64,000 bases of DNA from a virus, in IMG/VR virus record IMGVR_UViG_3300050821_002963, positions 32,001 through 96,000 of that record; one strand, given 5' to 3'. Numbering within the stretch: position 1 is the first letter of the stretch; every line of letters starts with the position of its first letter. The position numbers and the translations under genes are program-made. A model generated the notes under the pieces. That model was not told the DNA's origin, did no database searches, and saw only the letters and a list, made by a program, of their open reading frames with translations. This document shows positions 44,359 to 53,642 of the stretch, in pieces.

Positions 44359-45119
44359 TGCCAGATTTTTCTGGACACAAGTTAGGGAAGTTGGCACCAA
44401 AAACGGATGAGAAACGGCTGAAGCTTGGAAAATATCTCAAGCCAGAATTGGCTGCTCCCCCAGTCGAGCTGAATTGGGGTGACGGTGTTACGGATTGGGG
44501 AATGCTTGGTAATGACACGCTGGGCGATTGTACGATTGCAGGGGTGGGGCATGCGGTACAGTCAGCTATGCATGCGGTTGGGATTGCTTGGGACTCATCT
44601 GTGGAAACAGATGAAGTCATCAAGTACTATGAGTTCTGGTGCGGATACAATCCAGCGGACCCAACGACGGACCAAGGCGGAGTGGAAGTAGATGTCTTGA
44701 ACAACTGGAGGAAGCTTCGTTACGCGGGTCACCAGTTGGTTGCTTATGCAGACCCTGAAATCGCAGATACGTTACATATCAAGCAGTCGATAGCTTTGTT
44801 CGGGGGAGTGTATATTGGTCTGGCTTTACCACTATCGGCTCAGAACCAGGATGTGTGGCAAGTAGTGGGTGATGGTCAGACGGGAGCATCGGCACCGGGA
44901 AGCTGGGGTGGTCATGCGGTGTACGTGGTTGGCTATAGTCCAGAGTTTCTGACTTGCATTACTTGGGGTCAGGAATTGCAAATGTCTTGGGACTTCTTCC
45001 GGGCTTACGCGGATGAAGCACATACTTTGTTTCTGGGGATGTGGGTGGAGAACAAGACGGCTCCTTCGGGGTTCGACTGGGCTCAGTTGGAAACAGACTT
45101 AACAGCGATTGTGGGGTAA
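44358..45119 (+). CDS. papain-like (C1) cysteine peptidase
   Basis: MLGNDTLGDCTIAG catalytic Cys, GGHAVYVVGY His, ITWG. Confidence 0.82.
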   Translation: MPDFSGHKLGKLAPKTDEKRLKLGKYLKPELAAPPVELNWGDGVTDWGMLGNDTLGDCTIAGVGHAVQSAMHAVGIAWDSSVETDEVIKYYEFWCGYNPADPTTDQGGVEVDVLNNWRKLRYAGHQLVAYADPEIADTLHIKQSIALFGGVYIGLALPLSAQNQDVWQVVGDGQTGASAPGSWGGHAVYVVGYSPEFLTCITWGQELQMSWDFFRAYADEAHTLFLGMWVENKTAPSGFDWAQLETDLTAIVG

Positions 45120-45126
45120 AGGAAGA

Positions 45127-45558
45127 ATGGCGACACGAGCAACGGAAACAGTAGAAGTAAATATAGAGACGACGGACAGGGCAAAAGCATTTGCTCAGGC
45201 CATAGCTCATCAAGAGGGATTCTACGTGTTTGGTTCTATCCCTCACAGGGCGAACAATCCGGGCGACTTGGTTATACCGGGTTGGACTGGACTCTCTTTA
45301 GGTAGAGAAAGAATCAGTGTGTTGAAGTCGGACTCCATTGAAGAACCCTTTCCACCAGATGGTGGATGGTTCAGACTCTTGCACGAGTTGTGGCTGATAG
45401 AGTCGGGCCGGTCACACGTTTATACTTTGGACATGACGATTCTAGAGATGGCGCATAAATGGACGGATACTCAGCAAGACGATTGGGCTAGGAACGTAGC
45501 GGGGCAGTTGGGCGTTCCGCCAGAGACAACATTAAGACAAGTTTTAGTGGGAGACTAA
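45127..45558 (+). CDS. lysozyme-like protein (NNPGxL family), possible endolysin
   Basis: AIAHQEGF..RANNPGDL..MAHKW..WARNVAGQLGV. Confidence 0.65.
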   Translation: MATRATETVEVNIETTDRAKAFAQAIAHQEGFYVFGSIPHRANNPGDLVIPGWTGLSLGRERISVLKSDSIEEPFPPDGGWFRLLHELWLIESGRSHVYTLDMTILEMAHKWTDTQQDDWARNVAGQLGVPPETTLRQVLVGD

Positions 45559-45560
45559 CG

Positions 45561-46157
45561 ATGAGAGTACTGGAAGCAGCGGCGCTGGTTTCTCTCCGGG
45601 AAAGCTATCAGCCAAGAACCATCGACCAGAAGAAGACTGGGCGAGAGTTGGCTGTGGAACTGTTTGCGGAGGCAGAAGCCAGAGAAGAGCCGTTTATCTA
45701 CCACACGCCGGAGACGTGGAGGCGGAAATGGCTGCCGTCACGGGAATTCCGATTGATGCGGATTCCCTTGAATGCTGCTGCTCTGCCTTGTGAACCGAAG
45801 GGACGGAATCTGGTACTAAAAAAGATTCACGCCCGCGAAGATGGACCAATTCTGGTTGAGTACAACAAGAACAGAATTGGTGGAAGCATCTACGGGTTCA
45901 CGCCGGAAGTGATTGTGATAGACGGGAAGCATAGATACCAGGCAGCGGTACTCCGAGGCGATACGCATATCATGGCATTCGTCGGAGAGCTAGCAGCGGA
46001 AGTAATGGCAGTTGGTAGTGGGGGAGGGGGCCCGGCACCTGAAAGGACGACAGGGGCACCGGGCGCCTCTCTCATAGCAAGGATGAAAAAAGTAAAAGCG
46101 GCTGGTTCGAAACGGCTGAAGGAACTGGACGTAAAGAAAGGTAAGGAGGCGAAGTAG
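45561..46157 (+). CDS. ParB/Srx-like domain protein
   Basis: PILVE...VIDGKHRYQAA.LRG.THIMAFV. Confidence 0.7.
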   Translation: MRVLEAAALVSLRESYQPRTIDQKKTGRELAVELFAEAEAREEPFIYHTPETWRRKWLPSREFRLMRIPLNAAALPCEPKGRNLVLKKIHAREDGPILVEYNKNRIGGSIYGFTPEVIVIDGKHRYQAAVLRGDTHIMAFVGELAAEVMAVGSGGGGPAPERTTGAPGASLIARMKKVKAAGSKRLKELDVKKGKEAK

Positions 46158-46940
46158 ATGTCTACGACAACGATTCGAGATTTGTTCGGCGCGGCTCAGT
46201 TGAGATTGGAAGCGGGCGTTCCGCCGGTCAACCAGCAGGGTCCAGCTAGTGGTGGTGGGACGGGTGGTGGCGGTGGGATGCAAGACGACGGAACTGGTAT
46301 GGGGCCACAGATGCCACCGGAAGTGGCGAGTGCTCCCTATATCAAGCTGCTGACAAAGCTGGGCTACGAGTATCAGGGTGGAGACGAAGACATGGATGGA
46401 AACAGTTTCGGCCAGAGCTTTACCGGGTCGGACGGAGATTCCATTACGGTCAAGCCGGATGGTTCTTGGTCACGGACCGGGCCGGGTGCTACGAGGGCGC
46501 AGGGTAAATCGGTGCAAGACTTGGGTCAGGCACTGGTAAAGGATACTCTGCAACAGGGAGACGACCAGAATCACCATTACGCTCTGAGACAGGCCGGCTA
46601 CAACAAAGTCCACACGGATGCGAAAGGCACGAGCTACTACAAACATCCTCAGACGGGCAAGACGGTACACGTTACGAAGGACGGCAATTGGGGTTCCAGT
46701 ATCGGAACTGGGCGTGGTGCTTCGAAGTTGCGTGACTTCCTCGGCAACGAGCAATTGGAAGACACGGACCCGGTCATGCAGCAGAATAAGCTGAAGCAGG
46801 GCCAGATGAAGCAGCAGGCCCAGCAACAGAAGCAGCAGCAGCGATTCGGGAAGTTGACTCCCGGCACAAGGGGTACGACAGGGACACGTGGACCAGCTGG
46901 CGGTGGTGCCGGCGGTGGTATGAGTCGCGGAGGTTTCTAA
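46158..46940 (+). CDS. Gly/Gln-rich protein with two internal repeats (putative head-internal protein)
   Basis: LTKLGYE..SITVKPDGSWS and LRQAGYN..TVHVTKDGNWG duplicated module. Confidence 0.6.
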   Translation: MSTTTIRDLFGAAQLRLEAGVPPVNQQGPASGGGTGGGGGMQDDGTGMGPQMPPEVASAPYIKLLTKLGYEYQGGDEDMDGNSFGQSFTGSDGDSITVKPDGSWSRTGPGATRAQGKSVQDLGQALVKDTLQQGDDQNHHYALRQAGYNKVHTDAKGTSYYKHPQTGKTVHVTKDGNWGSSIGTGRGASKLRDFLGNEQLEDTDPVMQQNKLKQGQMKQQAQQQKQQQRFGKLTPGTRGTTGTRGPAGGGAGGGMSRGGF

Positions 46941-47528
46941 ATGGACTTGGCAGCTTCTATGGGGTTGCTGGCTAGTCGTGCTAAGGTAAGCGACGGCGAG
47001 CGCCCAATTCTTAAAGGTCATGTCGGTAAGGATGGTTACTTTGAATGTCCTACTGAATTCACGACCAAAGATGAAGTTCGTTGGGCTAAGAATAGAATGC
47101 GCTCAGCGCGCATTGCACAGTATGCCGACGAATCCTGTGGACTGCCAAATACTTATGACAAAGATGGAGCGTATTTATGCGGGGGTAGGGCGGATGGAGG
47201 CAGCGAGCCATGTAACATGTTGGTTGGCTCGGAGTGCCTCATCCGAATAGAGCTATTGCCTACTCCCCATGCCACTAGTTGTATGTGGTGGGAGAAACCA
47301 AACGCAGGAGACCCAGAAGGTCGTCTGTGTCCAAAGGGAAAACTTAGCGATGATAGGTTGGACTATGGGCCGACGAAGAACCCCAAAGGCTTTGGTTGCA
47401 TACGTTGCGAATATGGGCAGGGATTGCTACCGCGACCGGACAGCGAAGGTCGAAAAAGATGGTGTAAGGTAAAGGACCATTCTGTTTCGAACAATTCGTG
47501 TTGCGCTGACAATGACCCGGAAAAATAA
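46941..47528 (+). CDS. Cys-rich protein with MxLAA leader
   Basis: MDLAASMGLLA; many Cys including C..C and CC. Confidence 0.6.
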   Translation: MDLAASMGLLASRAKVSDGERPILKGHVGKDGYFECPTEFTTKDEVRWAKNRMRSARIAQYADESCGLPNTYDKDGAYLCGGRADGGSEPCNMLVGSECLIRIELLPTPHATSCMWWEKPNAGDPEGRLCPKGKLSDDRLDYGPTKNPKGFGCIRCEYGQGLLPRPDSEGRKRWCKVKDHSVSNNSCCADNDPEK

Positions 47529-47543
47529 ACGTGGAGGTTTCTA

Positions 47544-47753
47544 ATGGCAATGTTCTTTGACGCGGGTTCGAATCAATGGGTGAGTGCGGCGACTGGCAAT
47601 TACGTGTACAAGCCAGCACCGCATCCACCCACGACGTTTCCGGTCTTCGATCCGAGCATCAACGGTTGGACGAGTTCGGGAGACTACGGAACACAGCCTG
47701 CTCCAACGAAGCCGTACTTCTCTTTTCTATCAAACAGTTGGGTCACGAGCTAA
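47544..47753 (+). CDS. small protein with three aromatic repeats
   Basis: FFDAGSNQWVS / VFDPSINGWTS / YFSFLSNSWVT; GGAGG SD. Confidence 0.6.
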   Translation: MAMFFDAGSNQWVSAATGNYVYKPAPHPPTTFPVFDPSINGWTSSGDYGTQPAPTKPYFSFLSNSWVTS

Positions 47754-47762
47754 GGAGGGCAG

Positions 47763-48050
47763 ATGAGTTTGAGTATCAGGAGTATGATGGCGGCTGGTGA
47801 GTTGGCGATACAGGCTACTTACCAGCCACCAAAGAAGAAATGTAATTGCGGTTGCGGTCATTGCAAAGGAGAAAACAAGATGTCCAAGGAAATCAAGGCA
47901 GAGAGACAGAGTCCGAATTCGGTTTCTACTCCTGCGAAGAAGCAGGAACCGACGGCGGAAATCTGGAAGAAGGGTGGAGCGAAGTCCCCGGATGAGGCCC
48001 TCAGTACGGACAAGAACTCCGTCCGGCAACCTGTTAAGTGTGGTAAGTAG
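47763..48050 (+). CDS. small basic protein with CNCGCGHC
   Basis: AAGGAGG SD; ORF track. Confidence 0.55.
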   Translation: MSLSIRSMMAAGELAIQATYQPPKKKCNCGCGHCKGENKMSKEIKAERQSPNSVSTPAKKQEPTAEIWKKGGAKSPDEALSTDKNSVRQPVKCGK

Positions 48051-48111
48051 GGCTATTAAAGTGGGAAATAATCGCTCAGTAAAGCGTTCTGGAGGACGTT
48101 CGTAGGGGCCT

Positions 48112-48561
48112 ATGTCATACACTAAGACCGTCCTCAAAGAAACGCCAAGCGGACCAATCGAGATATCCTTCGATGGGGTCATGACGCGGGTGGAATTCAA
48201 CTGCAAATGTATAGACGCGGTAGAGATGTGTCGTGGTATGTGCTGCAGAATGCGGACTGGTTTCTCGGTCGAATTGGAACAGGATGAGCTGGAGAAGTTC
48301 AAGCATAGACCTCATCCTTCCAAGCCCGGCGTTACTCTACTGGCAGCTACGGAAGATGGGATGCAGTGTACGTACTTGAAAGAGCCGGGGCTTTGTTCGG
48401 TACATTTGGATAAACCAAAGATGTGTCGGCAGTGGGGTTGCTCACCGGGAACGGAATGGGAAGACTACACGATACCGGTCAGAGACGCGGGTTGGATGCT
48501 ATTCCCAGTACGAAGGGAGGAAGCAGCGTTTATTCAAATCCAGATGGCAAAGAAAGAATAA
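48112..48561 (+). CDS. YkgJ/CxxCxxCC Cys-cluster protein
   Basis: CKC..CRGMCC..CTYL..LCSVHLDKPKMCRQWGC. Confidence 0.8.
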   Translation: MSYTKTVLKETPSGPIEISFDGVMTRVEFNCKCIDAVEMCRGMCCRMRTGFSVELEQDELEKFKHRPHPSKPGVTLLAATEDGMQCTYLKEPGLCSVHLDKPKMCRQWGCSPGTEWEDYTIPVRDAGWMLFPVRREEAAFIQIQMAKKE

Positions 48562-48756
48562 ATGACTCAGCTTTGGAGCTTCATTCAGGCTCATCCGTTT
48601 GGCACTTTCTTCGTGGCGGCGATTTTGGTGGAGCAGTTGCCGCCACCGACAGAAGAGTCGTCGGAGTTTTACAAGTACATCTATTCAGTCTTGCAGGCAT
48701 TGGTGGCGAACTGGAGAAGAACAAAGGATGCGTATAAATTAATCGGGAGCAAATAA
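48562..48756 (+). CDS. small membrane protein (holin-like)
   Basis: hydrophobic helix, LPPP..FYKYIY. Confidence 0.5.
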   Translation: MTQLWSFIQAHPFGTFFVAAILVEQLPPPTEESSEFYKYIYSVLQALVANWRRTKDAYKLIGSK

Positions 48757-48909
48757 GAATGAACTGTGGACTTTGCGAGAAGGAAGCGAAGTGGAGAATC
48801 AACGACCAGGAAGGCGGCATCATCAGATACTGTTGCGACGAACATTTGGTAACGCTGGTGGCAAAGTTGAGGGTGTTCGTAGGGAGCAGAGTAGTCAAGG
48901 AACAACAGC

Positions 48910-49374
48910 ATGAGCATATTGAAACCAACGCCAGGTGAGCTGATAGACAGGGCAACGATCCTTTCCCTGAAGATAGTGTTCGGACATGTCAAGGGGATGG
49001 ACGTAAGCCATTTTAAGAAAGAAGAAGATGAAGTATGGGAAAGACTCAAAGAAGAAGGGTATGCGGTTATAGAGCAGTTGGACCCACATACGGATTACGC
49101 AGTGTGGGAAGATGAGACCAAGAAGATAATCGCAGAGCTACAGACGGTGAACGGCATCCTCTGGGGACTGGAAGATATGGTCAGGAAGACGGCTAAGCAC
49201 GAGTTCATGGAGTTGGGGAAACTCTGTGTAGGGATTGCGGCTTCCAATGATACGAGGAGTGAACTGATTCAGAAAGCCAACAAGCACTATTTTCTGGAGA
49301 CGAAGCCAGAGAAAGTCTACGACAAACCAAAGAAGAATTTCGTTTCAGATATTGACTTGGGAGATGCTGGGTGA
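48910..49374 (+). CDS. DUF6165-like helical protein
   Basis: GELIDRATILSLK..VNGILWGLED..NDTRSELI..EKVY. Confidence 0.65.
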   Translation: MSILKPTPGELIDRATILSLKIVFGHVKGMDVSHFKKEEDEVWERLKEEGYAVIEQLDPHTDYAVWEDETKKIIAELQTVNGILWGLEDMVRKTAKHEFMELGKLCVGIAASNDTRSELIQKANKHYFLETKPEKVYDKPKKNFVSDIDLGDAG

Positions 49375-49793
49375 TACTGGCTGCGGCAATAGAGTTGTGG
49401 TGTGGTGGGCCGGGTTCTGGATGTCACGGTGAGAACTGTGGCCGCCATAAGGTTGTGGAAGACTTGTTGAAGCATCATGATTCTATTGTCGAGGACCCTA
49501 GACGGATGAACGTTGAGTCGGTCTTTACCGGGAAGCAGAGAGCGGCTTTAGAGTGGCAAGGCAAAGCACTAAAAGGTTTGATGGATGACATTACAGACCG
49601 TGTCGGCCATCCGGATGCAAGGGAATACGTAAGGAAGGCGGCTAGTCGTTTGGATACAGCGGACGAAAAGATGGCTGCGGAACAGTACTCGGCAGCAATG
49701 CTACATCAAGAGGAAGCTTTAATGGATTTGCATGAGGCAATCAGAATCACGGATAGGTATCCATCTTCGATAAGGCAGGTGGCACACGCGTAA
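49371..49793 (+). CDS. helical protein with leader + GGPGSGC motif
   Basis: MILAAAIELWC-GGPGSGCHGENCGRH. Confidence 0.7.
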   Translation: MILAAAIELWCGGPGSGCHGENCGRHKVVEDLLKHHDSIVEDPRRMNVESVFTGKQRAALEWQGKALKGLMDDITDRVGHPDAREYVRKAASRLDTADEKMAAEQYSAAMLHQEEALMDLHEAIRITDRYPSSIRQVAHA

Positions 49794-50104
49794 TGGATAA
49801 GGGATTGGGAGATACGATTAGACGGGTTACGACCAGACTTGGGGTAAGGACTTGTGGTAGCTGTCAGAAAAGGGCGGCGGTACTGAACAGATACTTTCCT
49901 TACTACCACGGTGAGCCGACGAGGACGGTGGAACGGGAAAGTGAGGACGGCAAAGTAAAGCTGGTTCATCTATCCAGTGGGTACCTGGTGGTGGAATACC
50001 CGGAATCATTAACTGGTAACGTTATTCAAGTTCCTTTCCACGAAAGGCATAGAGAGCACGTAGAGAAGTTCTTCGACGCGGTAATCAAAGGAAGAAAAGA
50101 ATGA
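49793..50104 (+). CDS. hypothetical phage protein
   Basis: GLGDTI..CGSCQKR..LNRYFPY. Confidence 0.6.
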   Translation: MDKGLGDTIRRVTTRLGVRTCGSCQKRAAVLNRYFPYYHGEPTRTVERESEDGKVKLVHLSSGYLVVEYPESLTGNVIQVPFHERHREHVEKFFDAVIKGRKE

Positions 50105-51396
50105 AAATCACGGAAAGAAAAACCTGCCGGGCTTGCCAGATGGATTTACCGGAAGAGAATGTGTTGAGTCTAGGCAGCCACGAAGTGGTGGACTTCGTTC
50201 AGTTGCTGGATGAGGGACGGGGACAGGCTCCATTGGACCTGGTCGTTTGTCGGAACAGCCATTGCAACCTTCTTCAGCTCAGGCATACGGTTGACGCCGA
50301 CACGTTGTTCAGGAAATTTTGGTACAGGTCGGGCATCAACGAGCAAATGAAAGTTGCGTTAAAAGATGTTGTGGATTCTGTACAACATTATGTGACGCTA
50401 CAGGGCCACGATGTGGTGGGCGACATCGGGTCGAACGACGGGACTACGTTGGGCTTCTTTGGCAAGGAACTGAGAAGGGTCGGTTTTGAACCAGCGACGG
50501 AGTTGGCGCGAGAGTCACAGAAGCCTGGAACAAAAATAGTCAACGATTATTTTTCGGCCTTCGAAGCGCTGAAAGCTTCTCATGGTAGGAAGTACAAGTG
50601 CCTTTTGGCTTTGGCTATGTTCTATGACTTGGACCATCCGGAACAATTTTTACGGGACGTGGCCCAGGTGTTGCATCCGGAAGGTGTCTTCGTAGTGCAG
50701 ATGAATTACTTGGGGCTGATGCTGAGGAACTTAACGTTCGACAACATCGGGCACGAACATCTTTGCTACTACAGCTTGAGTTCATTGCAACCGCTGTTCT
50801 CCAGAGTCGGGCTTAGAATAGTGGATGTGGAAATCAACGACGTGAACGGAGGCAGCTTCCGGGTCTACGCTAAGCCGGGTCATCATCCAGTCGAGCCTAC
50901 GGTGGCTACGTTGCTGGCAGAAGAAGCAGAAGCGGTAAACCTGGACGCGATACTCAGATTCGGTAAACGGGTGGAACAGACTATAGGAGAGTTGCGGATA
51001 TTCATAGAGAAGTTGAACAAGCAGGGCAAGAAAGTTTACGCGTATGGGGCTTCGACTAGAGGGTCAACGTTGCTACAAGCAATGTTTCCGGATGGTAAGG
51101 CACATGACTATATCGCGGGAGTTGCTGAGAGAGACGAAAGAAAAGTTGGCAGAAGAACGGCTGGCACTTATCTGCCTATTGTTTCGGAACAAGCTGCAAG
51201 GGAAGATGCGGATTTTTTCCTAATTTTGGTTTACCACTTCTGGCACTCCATCAGTCAGAGGGAAAGGTCGTGGATGCTAACGGGTGGTCGGTGCATCATT
51301 CCTTTGCCGAGACCGAAGGTGGTGGCATTGGAGGAAGTAGGGCTTGGTGGGAAGTTCTTTCCAGTGGCAATGGATTTGCCACAGGTAGTAGCGTAG
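50101..51396 (+). CDS. NDP-hexose C3-methyltransferase
   Basis: CRAC..C..C zinc site, DIGSNDG, FDNIGHEHLCYYS, NGGSFR, YGASTRGSTLL. Confidence 0.9.
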   Translation: MKITERKTCRACQMDLPEENVLSLGSHEVVDFVQLLDEGRGQAPLDLVVCRNSHCNLLQLRHTVDADTLFRKFWYRSGINEQMKVALKDVVDSVQHYVTLQGHDVVGDIGSNDGTTLGFFGKELRRVGFEPATELARESQKPGTKIVNDYFSAFEALKASHGRKYKCLLALAMFYDLDHPEQFLRDVAQVLHPEGVFVVQMNYLGLMLRNLTFDNIGHEHLCYYSLSSLQPLFSRVGLRIVDVEINDVNGGSFRVYAKPGHHPVEPTVATLLAEEAEAVNLDAILRFGKRVEQTIGELRIFIEKLNKQGKKVYAYGASTRGSTLLQAMFPDGKAHDYIAGVAERDERKVGRRTAGTYLPIVSEQAAREDADFFLILVYHFWHSISQRERSWMLTGGRCIIPLPRPKVVALEEVGLGGKFFPVAMDLPQVVA

Positions 51397-51405
51397 GAGC
51401 AAAGA

Positions 51406-52398
51406 ATGACGAAAGCAATGGTTATTGGAGCAAACGGTCAGATTGGCAGCTACCTGTGTGAGCTGCTAAAAGAAAAAGGCTATGAGGTGGCTAGGGAGAC
51501 TTCTTTCTCTCTGCCTTTGAGCACGAAGTATCTCAAGCAGGAATTCAGGGCAGAGTTGGCTCGTCATATGCCGGACGAGATTTACAACATGGCGGCAATG
51601 AACTACGCACCAGATTCGTGGAACCTTCCGCTAACGTATGTGCAGGTAAACGGAATGGCACCATTGGTCATGTTGAGTGTCCTGGATGAACCTGGACACA
51701 GGCACATCAAATTTTTTCAGGCTGGTTCGGCGGAAGTGTTCGAGAAGGCTTCGGTTATGCAATCAGAGGATACGAACAGGTTGCCGGAGAATCCATATGG
51801 GTTATCGAAGATGCTGGCTATGGAGGCAGTTAGAATTTATAGAGAACGCGGTCTATTTGCGTGCACTGGAATATTTTTTAACGCGGAATCTCCGAGACGG
51901 AAAGATACTTTCTTTGCTCGGAAGGTAGCGAAGGAAGCGGTGAGGCTGAAGAGAGAGATGGAAGCTACCAGTGAAGAGAGAATGAGACATCCAGTTATGC
52001 CTATCGTTCTTGGCAAGCTGGAAGCGAGAAGAGATTGGGGTTGGGCACCTGAGTATGCGGAAGTGGCATGGAAAATGCTACAACATTCAATACCAATTGA
52101 TTTGGTCATTGGCACGGGTGAGTCGAGGACTTGTAGAGAGTTCGTTTTGGAATGTCTAAAGGCAGCTAAGCTTCCAGATCCAGAAGTGCACTTCGATTAC
52201 TACGTCAAGTATGAGAAAGTAAAAGAGTATACGGCAAGAGATACGATGAGAGCGTGTCCAGAACTAGCGAGGAAGGTGTTGGGATGGCAAGCACAGTACA
52301 AGTTCAGCGACGTAGCGAGGATGTTGGTGGAAGAGGAATCAAGGAAGTCCCAGCCAAGGGAAGAGTCTATAGCTGGATTGACCAGAACTATAGAATGA
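51406..52398 (+). CDS. divergent Gmd/Rmd-like SDR (sugar-nucleotide dehydratase or 4-reductase)
   Basis: GANGQIG, PDEIYN, QAGSAEVF, PYGLSK, FNAESPRR, RDWG. Confidence 0.82.
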   Translation: MTKAMVIGANGQIGSYLCELLKEKGYEVARETSFSLPLSTKYLKQEFRAELARHMPDEIYNMAAMNYAPDSWNLPLTYVQVNGMAPLVMLSVLDEPGHRHIKFFQAGSAEVFEKASVMQSEDTNRLPENPYGLSKMLAMEAVRIYRERGLFACTGIFFNAESPRRKDTFFARKVAKEAVRLKREMEATSEERMRHPVMPIVLGKLEARRDWGWAPEYAEVAWKMLQHSIPIDLVIGTGESRTCREFVLECLKAAKLPDPEVHFDYYVKYEKVKEYTARDTMRACPELARKVLGWQAQYKFSDVARMLVEEESRKSQPREESIAGLTRTIE

Positions 52399-52453
52399 TA
52401 ATGCTGGGTTGTATGCTGGTGGAACTTCTGATGATTGGATGGCTCTGCATAAA

Positions 52454-53443
52454 ATGAGAATAGCACTGGTAACAAATTGGGATGAACATTGTGCGGTGGC
52501 TGAGTACGCCAGGAACTTGACGGACTATTGTACAAGGGTGGATGAAGAAGTCTCATTCAAGGTGGTGACTAGACCTTTAACGTACGAAGCAATCTGGGAA
52601 CGGGTAAAGGATGTGGACGTAATCCACTTTAACTATTGTGCCCATGCTTTCTCTCAGATGGACCCATCGGCGTGGAAGAACTTTCAGACCATCAAGCCGG
52701 TGGTGATGACGGTGCACGAGTCTACGGATTGGATGGTTAGGAGACTGGCTAAGACGGAGATTGCGGATAAGTTCGTGATGCACGACAAGTTTAGGGATGG
52801 GATGCCTGCACCTGAGAACGTGGTTACGATTCCTTATGGCGTGCCGGAAGTGGATATATCGGATGTAAAAGTGGAAAGAAAGGTTGGTACATTCGGATGC
52901 GCGTTCCCTTGGAAGGGCTTACTGCCACTAGCATACGCGTGTGGACAGTTAGAGATACCACTGGATATGTATTTGTCGGAGCCGGATTCGGACAAAGGTC
53001 AGATGGATTGGCGGAGATTAATTACCGAGCTGGAGGAAGTCGGGGGACAGATAGGGATTTGGAAAGACTGGCAGATGCAAAAAGAAATCATCAGGAAGCT
53101 TGCATCCTGCGCCGTAATAGCTTTACCATTCGATCCTTGTTCACCGATTACCGGTATCAGTGCTTCGGTGAGATTGGCATTAGCCGCGAAGAGACCTTTG
53201 GTACTGACTAAGTTCTTTCACTTTGCGGACTTGTTTGACTTTGATGAAGACACTAATGACATTTGGTGGGTAGAAGGCAACTTAGAAAAGCAGTTGCAAT
53301 CTGTTATGAGACTTTTCGATCATGGTTGTGGCCTAAGTATTAGTGATCATCTTTATAACGATATGAAGTGGTCGGTGGCGGCACAGAAGTATGTAGAGCT
53401 TTACAAAACAGTACGAACAAAGGAGGCAGTACATGCCGGATAA
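52454..53443 (+). CDS. GT-B (GT4-like) glycosyltransferase
   Basis: MRIALVTNWDEHCAVAEY, IPYGVP, FGCAFPWKG, GISASVRLALAAKRP. Confidence 0.8.
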   Translation: MRIALVTNWDEHCAVAEYARNLTDYCTRVDEEVSFKVVTRPLTYEAIWERVKDVDVIHFNYCAHAFSQMDPSAWKNFQTIKPVVMTVHESTDWMVRRLAKTEIADKFVMHDKFRDGMPAPENVVTIPYGVPEVDISDVKVERKVGTFGCAFPWKGLLPLAYACGQLEIPLDMYLSEPDSDKGQMDWRRLITELEEVGGQIGIWKDWQMQKEIIRKLASCAVIALPFDPCSPITGISASVRLALAAKRPLVLTKFFHFADLFDFDEDTNDIWWVEGNLEKQLQSVMRLFDHGCGLSISDHLYNDMKWSVAAQKYVELYKTVRTKEAVHAG

Positions 53444-53642
53444 GTTGACAGAGTTGTTCAATACTTGGTCGGTTGATAATCCAGCGGGAGACTTGTTTCA
53501 AGCTTTTCAAGGTGGGCTTTCAGCCGGGTCGTTCAGTACTAGAATGAGAGCTGTGGCGATTGTGCAGAAGGCTCAGATAAGCAACGATGAGAAGAACGAG
53601 TTGCTGACTGCAATCGGCACGCTGTCGGATATTCCAGAATAA
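53433..53642 (+). CDS. small hypothetical protein
   Basis: AAGGAGG SD; TAATG coupling. Confidence 0.55.
   Translation: MPDKLTELFNTWSVDNPAGDLFQAFQGGLSAGSFSTRMRAVAIVQKAQISNDEKNELLTAIGTLSDIPE

Noticed and set aside
48051-48111. Possible small riboswitch or ribozyme in the gap before the YkgJ-like gene
   Set aside because: Only short, weak pairing and no recognisable consensus
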